Notes under the pieces: generated by a model
The model's database searches: none
The model's input: the letters and a program-made list of their open reading frames with translations, nothing else
What the model was told of the DNA's origin: nothing
In this document: positions 35,839-45,271 of the stretch, in pieces
How the letters are laid out: the number at the start of each line of letters is the position of its first letter
Numbering within the stretch: the stretch's first letter is position 1
Assembly (NCBI GenBank): GCA_051313645.2
Contig: JBNRSN020000024.1
Location: 74,028,001 to 74,092,000, forward strand
DNA from: Centroscyllium fabricii
Taxonomy: Eukaryota
Length of the DNA: 64,000 nt
Direction: 5' to 3'
Position numbers and translations under genes: made by a program

Positions 35839-36059
35839 TCGCCGAGCTTCCCGGTCATCTTCGCCCGTTCGTCTGGACAGCGGGTCTCCAGAAATTCACA
35901 CAGATGATCGAGTGAATTCTTGATGGACTGTTCATCGTAACTATGATTGACAAATAGACCTTTGCTCTTTAACGAGGCCTCTTTTTGCATGTTACCTTTG
36001 GAATTTGGATTTAGGGCCAGGGCCAATGCAAGGTTTTTTTTATATCTATTGTCAAATTA

Positions 36060-36700
36060 CCTAAATCATAATCACAGGCACAGGAGAGGGAGAAGAGAAG
36101 ATTTACAAGGATGATACCAGAACTGCGAGGTTATATCTATCAGGAAAGGATGAACAGGCTGGGTCTCTTTTCTCTTGAAAAGAGAAGGCTGAGGAGGTGA
36201 CCGATGGGCGGCACGGTGGCACAGTGGTTAGCTCTGTTGCCTCACAGCTCTGGAGACACGGGTTCAAATCCAGCCTCGGGTACTATCTGTGTGGAGTTTG
36301 CACATTCTCCCCGTGTCTGCGTGGGGTTCCTCCGGGTGCTCCGGTTTCCTCCCACAGTCCAAAAATGTGCGGGTTAGGTTGATTGACCAGGATAAATTGA
36401 CCCTTAGTGTTAGGGGGGTTGAATATGTGGGGTTACGGGGATAGGGTGGGATGTGTGTCGGTGCAGGCTCGATAGGGATATGGGGGGAGGGTAGGAGGGT
36501 GATGCTGGGTTTGGATGATCAGCCATGATCTCCTTGAATGGCGGAGCAGGCTCAAAGGGCCGAATGGCCTACTCCTGCTCCTATCTTCTATGTTTCTATG
36601 TTTCTAATAGAGGTCTTTAAAATTATGAAAGGTTTTCACAAGCGTGGATACATACCGAGTGTTTCCGCATGTGGGGAAGAGCAAAACTAGAGGCCGTCAA
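36060..36700 (+). mobile_element. CR1 fragment with inserted HE1 SINE
   Basis: RRFTRMIPELRGY.YQERMNRLGLFSLEKRRLR continues after the SINE as IEVFKIMKGF. Confidence 0.7.
36206..36606 (+). mobile_element. HE1-type V-SINE
   Basis: GGGCGGCACGGTGGCACAGTGGTTAGC head, V-domain, (TTTCTATG)n tail. Confidence 0.9.
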
Positions 36701-37893
36701 TATAGAAGATAGGAGCAGGAGTAGGCCATTTGGCCCCTCGAGCCTGCTCCGAGATCATGGCTGAATATCCACATTCAGTACCCTGTTCCTGCTTTCTCCC
36801 CATATCCCTTGATCCCTTTAGCCTTAAGAAATATATCCAACTCCTTCTTGAATATATTTAATGAATTGGCCTCCACCGCCCTCTGTGGCAGAGAATTCCA
36901 CAGGTTCACCACTCTCTGGGTGAAGAAATTCCTCCTCATCTCAGTCCTAAATGGATTACCCCTTATCTTTAAACTGTGCCCCCTGGTTCTGGACTCCCCG
37001 ACCATCGGGAACATCCTTCCTGCGTCTAGTCTGTCCAGGCCTGACAGAATTTTATAGGTTTCAATGAGATCCCCTCTCAATCTGCTAAACTCCAGTGAGT
37101 ATAAGCCCAATCGACCCAATCTCTCCCCATACGTCATTCCTACCATCCCAGGTATCAGCCTCGGACCGATCCTTGCGGTACCCCACTAGTCACTGCCTGC
37201 CACTCAGAAAACAACCCATTGCTGCACTCCTTCGATGGCAAGAACATCCTTCCACAGATAAGGTGACCAAAACTGCACACAATACTCGAGGTGCGGTCTC
37301 ACCAAGGCCCTGTACATCTGCAGCAAGACATCCTTGTTTCTGTATTGAACCCTCTCGCTACGAAGGCCAACATACCATTTGCCTTCTTAACTGCCTGCTG
37401 CACCTGCATGCTTACCTTTAGCGACTGGTGCACAAGAACACCCAGGTCTCTTTGCACTTCCCCTTCTCCCAATCTATTGCCATTCAAATAATAATCTGCC
37501 TTCCTGTTTTTGCCATCAAAGTGGATAACCTCACATTTATCCACATTATAGTGCATTTGCCATGTTTCTGCCTAATCACCCAACCTGTTCAAATCGTACT
37601 GGGGTTTCACGACATCCTTCTCACAGTATACCCTCCCACCCAGCTTTGTGTCGTCTGCAAATTTGGAGATACTACATCCAATTCCCTTGTCCAGATCATT
37701 TATATATATTGTGAACAGCTGGGGTCCTAGGACCGATCCTTGCGGTACCCCACTAGTCACTGCCTGCCACTCAGAAAACAACCCGTTTATTCCAACTCTT
37801 TGCTTTCTATCTGCCAACCAGTTCTCTATCCAAGTCAATACCTTACCCCCAATCCCATGAGCCTTAATTTTGCACGCTAATCTCTTATGTGGG

Positions 37894-38165
37894 TGATGCA
37901 CAATCAATTACTACAGTCGATGGTTAGATATAATCGAGGCTTTTATTCACATAGAAGTGGACACAGGTCCGACGATCTTCCAAGCCAAAGTGAGAGCACT
38001 CAGGTGTGCTGGCACTTTTATACCCAGTGGGCGGAGCCTGGGGAGGAAGCCGGGGAGCGGAGTCCTCCCAGGTGAGTCCTTCCTGGCAAGGAGGCGTTAC
38101 GTACAATTACAGGGAGGGGACACAAGGGGGAGACATATATATACTATATACAGGCGTTTACCACA
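37894..38165 (-). repeat. Gypsy 3' LTR (272 bp)
   Basis: Direct repeat of 41793-42062. Confidence 0.95.
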
Positions 38166-38246
38166 TTCACCCCCTGTTTAAAAAAATGATGGCGGGGTGA
38201 ACAATCTTTCAGCATATTATACGAAAGTCAGCATATTATACAAAAG

Positions 38247-40403
38247 TCAAATATTAAGTCTCTCTGGGGGTCTGGTCTGCCGAGTCGACCGTCGCAGTGC
38301 AGGTCTTGGAGTCGTTTCTGGGGTCGACGGTCGTGCAGTCTCCAGTGGTTGTCCGATCTCCGTCTGTATGGTGTCTTCCGAAGTCGGTGGTGGCACAGTC
38401 GAGGGGGGGTGGGCGTCGTGCATCGTTCCGTCCCGCGTTTCCAGTGTGCCATCTACTGGAGCTGTAAAGGAACCATACGACAGCGTCTCGTGAAGGGGGA
38501 CGGTGGTGGGGGTGGGGGTGGGGATGGGGGTAGTAGGGTGGCCGGTGGTCTCTGGGGCCCCCGAGGGCGCAAGGTCTCTAATGGAGACCGTGTCCTCCTG
38601 CCCGTCTGGGAACGCCACGTAGGCGTACTGGGGGTTGGCGTGGAGGAGCTGTACCCTTTCGACCAGGGGGTCTGTCTTGTGGGCCCTCACGTGTCTCCGG
38701 AGCAAGACAGGCCCAGGGGACGTCAGCCACATTGGCAGCGAGGTCCCGGATGCAGACTTCCTGGGGAAGCAAAACATCCGCTCGTGGGGGGTGGCATTGG
38801 TGGCGGTGCAGAGCAGTGACCTGATCGAGTGGAGGGCATCTGGGAGAACCTCCTGCCAGCGGGAGGCGGGGAGGCCCCTAGAACGCAGGGCGAGGCTGAT
38901 GGCCTTCCAGACAGTGCCGTTTTCCCGCTCAACCTGCCTGTTGCCCCGGGGGTTGTAGCTAGTGGTCCTGCTTGTCGCAATCCCTTTGGACAGCAGGTAC
39001 TGGCGCAGCTCGTCACTCATGAATGACAACCCCCTGTCTGAGTGAATATAGTTGGGGTAGCTGAACATGGTAAAGATGCTGTGCAGACACCTGATGGTTG
39101 TGGCTGTGGTCATGTCTGGGCAAGGGATTGTGAAGGGGAAACGTGAGTACTCATCGATCACTGTCAGGAAGTACCCGTTCCTGTTGGTGGAGGGGAGGGG
39201 GCCCTTGAAATCGACGCTCAGTCGTTCAAAGGGTCTGGTGGCTTTGACCAAGCTGGCTCTGCTAGGCCAGAAAAAATTGGGTTTGCACTCTGCACAGGTG
39301 GAGCAGTGCCTGGTGACGTCCCGGACGTCCGAAATGGAGTAGGGTAGGTTGCAGGACTTTACGAAGTGGTAGAGCCGCGAGACTCCAGGATGGCAGAGGT
39401 CATTGTGGATGGCTTGCAGTCTATCCACTTGTGCGCTGGCACAGGTTCCACGGGATAGTGCGTCCGGGGGCTCATTGAGTTTACCGGGCCGGTACAAGAT
39501 GTCGTAATTATAGGTGGACAGTTCAATTCTCCACCTTAGTATTTTGTCATTTTTTATTTTACCCCGCTGGTTGTTACTAAACATAAAAGCCATAGACCGC
39601 TGGGGGAGCTCCATGAGGGGGCGCATGCATTCGGGGTCCGGGCCGATGACCCCGTTTGCCACGACGCACCCCAGGATGGCGATGCGGGTGGTGTGGAAAA
39701 CGCATTTTTCCTCATTGTAGTTGAGGTTGAGGAGCTTGGCGGTGTGGAGGAATTTGGCCAGGTTGGCATCGTGATCGCTCATGTCGTGGCCACAGATCGT
39801 GACATTGTCGAGGTAGGGGAAGGTAGCCAGCAGCCCGTTTTGGTCCACCATCCGGTCCATCTCCCGTTGGAAGACCGACACGCCGTTGGTGACCCCGAAA
39901 GGGACCCTCAGAAAGTGGTAGAGGCAGCCATTCGCCTCAAAGGCAGTGAAGTGGCGGTCTCCAGGGTGGATGGGGAGCTGGTGGTATGCCGATTTAAGGT
40001 CAATTGTGGAGAACACCCTGTACTGCGCAATCTCATTGACCATGTCTGAGATGTGAGGCAGTGGGTATGCGTCCAATTGGGTGAAACGGTTTATCGTCTG
40101 GCTGTAATCGATGACCAGGCGGTGTTTGGTGCCGGTCTTGATGACTACAACCTGGGCTCTCCAGGGACTGTTGCTGGCCTCAATGATCCCCTCCTTCAGT
40201 AGCCGCTGGACCTCAGACTTAATAAACAGTCTGTCCCCCGTGCTGTAGCGCCTGCTTTTGGTAGCTATGGGCTTACAGTCGGGGGTGAGGTTAGCAAATA
40301 GTGAGGGAGGGGCGACTTTAAGGGTCGAAAGGCTGCAAACGGTGTGGGATTCGCGCTGCGCAAACTGCTGGCTACAGACAGTCAACGGGGGGGTGGGGGC
40401 CAC
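38247..40403 (-). CDS. pol: Gypsy pol ORF (RT, truncated RNase H, integrase), 718 aa
   Basis: SPWRAQVVV, IDYSQTIN, IDLKSAYHQL, VPFGVTNG, YLDN; integrase HHCC (H..LCHPG...CSTCAEC), VDFKGP, IHSDRG, QVERENG. Confidence 0.9.
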   Translation of the reverse strand: MAPTPPLTVCSQQFAQRESHTVCSLSTLKVAPPSLFANLTPDCKPIATKSRRYSTGDRLFIKSEVQRLLKEGIIEASNSPWRAQVVVIKTGTKHRLVIDYSQTINRFTQLDAYPLPHISDMVNEIAQYRVFSTIDLKSAYHQLPIHPGDRHFTAFEANGCLYHFLRVPFGVTNGVSVFQREMDRMVDQNGLLATFPYLDNVTICGHDMSDHDANLAKFLHTAKLLNLNYNEEKCVFHTTRIAILGCVVANGVIGPDPECMRPLMELPQRSMAFMFSNNQRGKIKNDKILRWRIELSTYNYDILYRPGKLNEPPDALSRGTCASAQVDRLQAIHNDLCHPGVSRLYHFVKSCNLPYSISDVRDVTRHCSTCAECKPNFFWPSRASLVKATRPFERLSVDFKGPLPSTNRNGYFLTVIDEYSRFPFTIPCPDMTTATTIRCLHSIFTMFSYPNYIHSDRGLSFMSDELRQYLLSKGIATSRTTSYNPRGNRQVERENGTVWKAISLALRSRGLPASRWQEVLPDALHSIRSLLCTATNATPHERMFCFPRKSASGTSLPMWLTSPGPVLLRRHVRAHKTDPLVERVQLLHANPQYAYVAFPDGQEDTVSIRDLAPSGAPETTGHPTTPIPTPTPTTVPLHETLSYGSFTAPVDGTLETRDGTMHDAHPPSTVPPPTSEDTIQTEIGQPLETARPSTPETTPRPALRRSTRQTRPPERLNI

Positions 40404-41760
40404 CGTATTTCATGATGACGCTGTCTAGGTGGCTCTGAAAGTCAAGGCCCAGTAGGACGGCAGCACAGAGGTGGGGGAGGACTAATAGTTTTAAATGGTT
40501 ATACACGGTACCCCGCACCTTTAGTGTCACTACGCAAATACCACCGACTTCCGCCGACGCGGCGTTGGAGGCCATTAGGATCCGCTGGCACGCGGGGAGT
40601 ACCATGAGGGAAAGCCTCCGTACAGTGTCCGGGTGTATAAAACTTTCGGTACTCCCCGAATCGAAAAGGCAATTAATCGCACAGCCGTTTACCTCAATAT
40701 CCATTTTTGATCGCGCCAGTTGGTGGGGCCGGGTCTGGTCCAGTGTTACCGATGCGAGCTGCGGGAGCTCCGTCGTTAGGCGTGGTGATGTCCATTGGTC
40801 GCACGCGGCTGAGTAGGCCTCAAGATGGCCGCCCTGTGGGAGTAAGCGTGGCACTGGTGCAAGATGGCTGCTGTGTTCGCCGTGTGGAGGGGGGGAGGGT
40901 GCAAGATGGCCGTCCGATCCAAAATGGCCGCCTCCACATTCACCACTTGAGGTTGAGTGCTGGTTGCCCCAAAATGGCTGCTCTGATGGAGCCCACGCGG
41001 CGCTGCTGGAGGGGGATGGTCTGCTCTTGCAGACTGCAGCATAATGTCCCTTCTTCCTGCAGCTGGAGCACAGCGCTTCTTTAGCAGGGCAGCGCTGCCT
41101 GGGGTGTTTCGACTGCCCACAGAAATAGCACTTCTGGGGTCGGGCCGCTGCCGCGGCCGTGAGTGGGGGCGCAGTGGTGGTCGTCTCGCCCGCCCACAGG
41201 GTCAGCGCCCGCGCACCATGCTAGTCGTAGGACTCTCTCTGCAAATGTGCCGCCTCCAGCGATTCTGCGAGCGCTTCAGCCGCCGCCAGGCCTATGTTAC
41301 TCTGCTCCAGCAGCCGCTGGCGCATATAGGATGACCTGAGTCCGGCCACTAGCGCATCTCTTAGGATTATGTCCTGGTGCTCGTTGGCTGTTAGCAGCCT
41401 ACAATTGCAGGTGCGCATGAGCGTTCACAACGCTGCCATATAGTTCGTTAGGGACTCACCAGGCTGTTGTTTCCTGTTTAACAGTAGATGCCTGGTGTAG
41501 ATCTCGTTCGTCGGTGTGGAGAACCGAGCTTTTAAGATGTCCAGGGCGCTCCTGTAGGTCGTTTCGCCCTCGATTAAGCTGAAGAGCTCAGGGCTGACCT
41601 GGGCCCGCAGGACGTTGAGCTTCCGCTGGTCTGTGTCCACGGTCAGGCGGGATTCCGCGATGAAGGCTTCGAAGCAGGAGACCCAGTGCGTGAAGGCCCG
41701 CTCAGCGCCTGCTGATCATGGGACGAGGTTGAGTCTTTCGGGCCTCAGGAACTTCTCCAT
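40372..41760 (-). pseudogene. gag: Gypsy gag-protease, disrupted by stops and frameshifts
   Basis: ATG at 41760 (MEKFLRPERLNL), early TGA; ILRDALVAGLRSSYMRQRLLE; CYFCGQSKHPRQRCPA...CSSCRKKGHYAAVCK; CLFDSGSTESFI. Confidence 0.85.
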
Positions 41761-41792
41761 CCTCTTTGTAAAAAAGATTATGTGAATAATAT

Positions 41793-42062
41793 TGATGCAC
41801 AATCAATGACTCCAGTCGATGGTTAGATATAATCGAGGATTTTATTCACATAGAAGTGGACACAGGTCCGCCGATCTTCCAAGCCAAAGTGAGACCACTC
41901 AGGTGTGCTGGCACATTTATACCCAGTGGGCGGAGCCTGGGGAGGAAGCCGGGGAGCGGAGTCCTCCCAGGTGAGTCCTCCCTGGCAAGGAGGTGTTACG
42001 TAGTTACAGGGAGGGGACACAAGGGGGAGACATATATATACTATATACAGTGGTTTACCACA
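41793..42062 (-). repeat. Gypsy 5' LTR (270 bp)
   Basis: Direct repeat of 37894-38165 with ~11 substitutions and 2 small indels. Confidence 0.95.
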
Positions 42063-42339
42063 GTGGGACCTTATCGAAAGCCTTCTGAAAGTCCAAATAT
42101 ACCACATCCACTGGTTGTCCCTTATCTATTTTACCAGTTACATCCTCCAAAAATTCCAATAGATTAGTCAAGCATGATTTACCTTTTGTAAATCGTTGTT
42201 GACTTTGTCCGATCCTGTCACTGTTTTCCAAGTGCTCTGCTATTACATCTTTAATAATGGACTCTAGCATTTTCCCCACTACCGATGTCAGGCTTATAAT
42301 TCCCCGTTTTCTCTCTACCACTTTTTTGAATAGTGGGAT

Positions 42340-43045
42340 AGTTGAATATAAGATACCAAGAAATCCAATAGGGCAGGGGTCCCCAAACTTTTTTGGCCTG
42401 CAGCCCATTTTGGACTTTTCAATTTTTTCATGGACCGGGGGTGGGGTGCTGCCGGACTCTCTTTCACTCACCGGGGCGGAGGGGGGGGGGGGGGGGAGGT
42501 GCTGGCGGACTTTCTTTCACTCACCGGGGGGGGGGGCGCTGGCGGACTTTCTTTCACTCACCTGGGGAGGGGGGGTGGGGGTGCTGGCGGACTTTCTTTC
42601 ACTCACCAGGGGCGGGGCGGGTGCTGGCGGAGATTATTTATCTGACCTGGCGGGGGACTGTGTTCCGTCTGTGCCTCGCGTCTTCCGGCGGTGAATGATC
42701 TGCGCATGCGCCGAGGCACAGACCCTTCCGCGGCCCTGTAACAATGTCCCGCGGACCGGCCGTTGGGGAACGCTGCAATAGGGAATTCAGAAGAAACTTC
42801 TTTACCGAGAGAGTGGTAAGAATGTGGAACTCGCTCCCACGGGGAGTGGTTGAAGCGAATAGTATAGGTGGATTGAAGTGGAAGCAAGACAAGCACATAA
42901 GGGAGAAGGGAATCGAGGGTTACGCTGATAGAGTTAGATGAGGAAAGACGAGAGGAGGCTCGAGTGGAGCATATGCACTGGCATGGCCTGGGTGGGCCGA
43001 ATGGCCTGTTTCCGTGCTATATATCCAATGTAATACGATGTAATA
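42340..43045 (+). mobile_element. CR1 3' fragment hosting the hAT MITE
   Basis: NREFRRNFFTERVVRMWNSLPRGVVEA and CR1 tail. Confidence 0.8.
42374..42775. mobile_element. hAT (Charlie-like) MITE with internal G-rich tandem repeats
   Basis: TIRs CAGGGGTCCCCAA / TTGGGGAACGCTG; 8-bp TSD CAATAGGG at 42366-42373 and 42776-42783; internal GCTGGCGGACTTTCTTTCACTCACC+G-run x4-5. Confidence 0.88.
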
Positions 43046-43630
43046 ATCCTCTCATTTGTCTGTTCCTCAAATGTATCACAAATCCATTTGGGCAGTAGAC
43101 ACTCAGAAGGTTTTCACAGAATCATATATTAACATAACATCCGGAAGATATTGACCTGGAACAAAATTCAATATCCAGTTTCTAATAAAACAGTAATGAA
43201 TGATCCTGTAGGTTTGGTGCTGAAATAAGACACTTCCAGCAGATTAATTGCCTCCCACCTTAATTAGCTCAAGCCCTTATTTTAGTAGTCGATCCCCAGG
43301 ATTGCTATTTTATGACTATTTTTGGCAGATGTTAAAATGAAGACCATTAGAGATAGGTAGCTAATCTCATCACTCCCCCTTGGTGAAGGCGAAGAATGAA
43401 AGCCTGGTCAGCGAACCAGAGAGATATGGTGCTGGAATAACAACAGAAAATGCTGTAAATACTCAGCAGGCCAGGCAGCATCTGTGGAGAGAGAAACAGG
43501 GTCAACGTTTCAGGTCTGGGACCCTTCATCAGAACTGGAAAAAGCTGGAGATGTAACGGTTATTAAGCAGGTGCAGAGACGGGGGGGTGGAAGGGGGGAG
43601 GAATTGAAGGAACAAACTGTACTTTTGTAA

Positions 43631-45271
43631 GGGGCCCTTCACAATTTTCAACATTTTCACGAGCGTACAAACCGTACGCTGGGGGGGAGGGGGTCCGACT
43701 TGTCCGTACGCTTTTTTTCGTTTTAAAAATGTCGGCCCCACCCCGTCAGTTCTTGTGTTTTGCGTCGGATCCATTTGAAAGACCGCATTGTGCGCTTGCG
43801 CGGTCGGGCTGCGCCTTGGGCCTTGCTGCCGCGGTTGAGGTTTGTCCTCCCGGAGGAGCCGGGGCCGGGGATGGGGATTGCTGTGCGGCTGGTCAGTCAG
43901 TGTGTTTACTGTCATCTTGTGTATTTAGTTGAAATCCCACTTATATTAAACACTAAACACAGTGGTTAAGGACTAAGCGGGATTTGTTCATTTAAATAAG
44001 ATTAAAACGGATGCTGCTTTCACACACTCCTAAGTACTGTTTTAATCGACATCTATGGCACTTTTGAATTCTAACGGGGTCAAAGATTTTGTTGCACTTG
44101 AGGAGATCGCTCGGAAATTGCAGAGAACGGCCCTGAAATTGACTAAAGCTTAAATTTCACCGATAGCCAAGCGAATGGGTCTCCGTTTCCCGCCCACTAT
44201 TGAGTGTTTCGGATTTCGCCCTCGGAGCTTTTTCCCCCAAATGTATATAGCTCCGAAATTTACATTAATCTGTAAAATGCATAATTTTGATTTATTAACT
44301 TGCTATCCAGCAGATCCATGATGAAAGTTTAACAAGTGTCATGATAATCCCCAATCAAAACATAGTTTTCCTTTATTTTCCGGCAAACGTCGTCATTGCA
44401 AATTATCCCATATAAGAAAGAGACATTAGGCGACGGTCTGATAAATCCACGTTTCGCTACCATTCTTTATTTCACATGGATGTCATGAATACTGGGCATT
44501 CATCGAATCAGACAGCACAGAAGGAGGCCTGCACCAGCTCTTTGAAAGAACCAGCCAATTAATCGCACTCCCCTTCCATACGCGGGATGGAAAGCTTTTA
44601 ACTGCAGATTTCCGGTAATTGAATGAGCGATCCTCCAATCTCCGTAAATATTCCGCAATGGCAAACGATGGACAACTGGACAGAAAATGTTGTGGTTTAC
44701 AACAGATACGTGAATGGTTGTATAAGGTAGCTGGGACCAATGTCAAGTCCTAATAGACCTCCACATTCCAAACTGTACTTTAGCAATCCCATCCCTCCCA
44801 AGTCACACATTATGGAGACATGGGCATATATCGCCATTCTTTCATATTGGCTGGGTCAACACCCCCCCCCTAACACCATGTTTGTCTTGGCGCACCATCC
44901 TGGTCCGGTGGAGGCAGGGGTCCCCAATGGGGGGGCTCTCTACGCGGGTGTCCTCCCTTTATCTGCCAAGGGTCGTACACTGCTCCCTGAAGACTGAATG
45001 CCTTTTTCTTGTAATTATTAATTATTATTTGTATTTATTGTTATCCGGAGAGCACAGACATGGAGCTTGCGATTAAGCATTTCACTGCACTTTGTACATG
45101 TATAATGATGTATGTGACAAATAAAGGAAACTTGAATTATCTATTGGGGACTTGGCCTGGAGGGTGTTGCGCGGAGCAGTCCTGTGCAATAACGTTTTAA
45201 GTTCACAACTGCCTTTTCTGCAAAAAAGAGTACTCTTTGTACACTTGTGAAAATGTTGAAAATTGTGAAGG
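43631..45271. mobile_element. Non-autonomous TIR DNA transposon (Zator/Harbinger-like termini)
   Basis: Left TAA|GGGGCCCTTCACAATTTTCAACATTTTCACGAGCGTACAAA; right TTTGTACACTTGTGAAAATGTTGAAAATTGTGAAGG (tip missing); interrupts a Penelope-like fragment. Confidence 0.65.

Larger units (their letters stand above)
37894..42062 (-). mobile_element. Ty3/Gypsy LTR retrotransposon (Mag-like) with both LTRs, defective
   Basis: LTRs 41793-42062 and 37894-38165 (TG...CA); 5-bp TSD GTGGG; PPT-like CAGGGGGTGAA; gag with paired Cys/His knuckles, protease LFDSGS, RT, integrase. Confidence 0.95.
36700..42340 (-). mobile_element. CR1/HER1 LINE (RT to 3' end) split by the Gypsy insertion
   Basis: SLTSVVGKMLESIIKD...[12 protein letters not shown] (42055-42300) continues as HKRLACKIKAHGIGG...SGVPQGSVLGP...KFADDTKLGG (37572-37890); 3' end at 36700-37150. 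Confidence 0.92.

Noticed and set aside
35090-35923. Three overlapping 199-277 aa ORFs over the upstream minisatellite
   Set aside because: Stop-free repeat artefact cycling through frames; no splice or domain support
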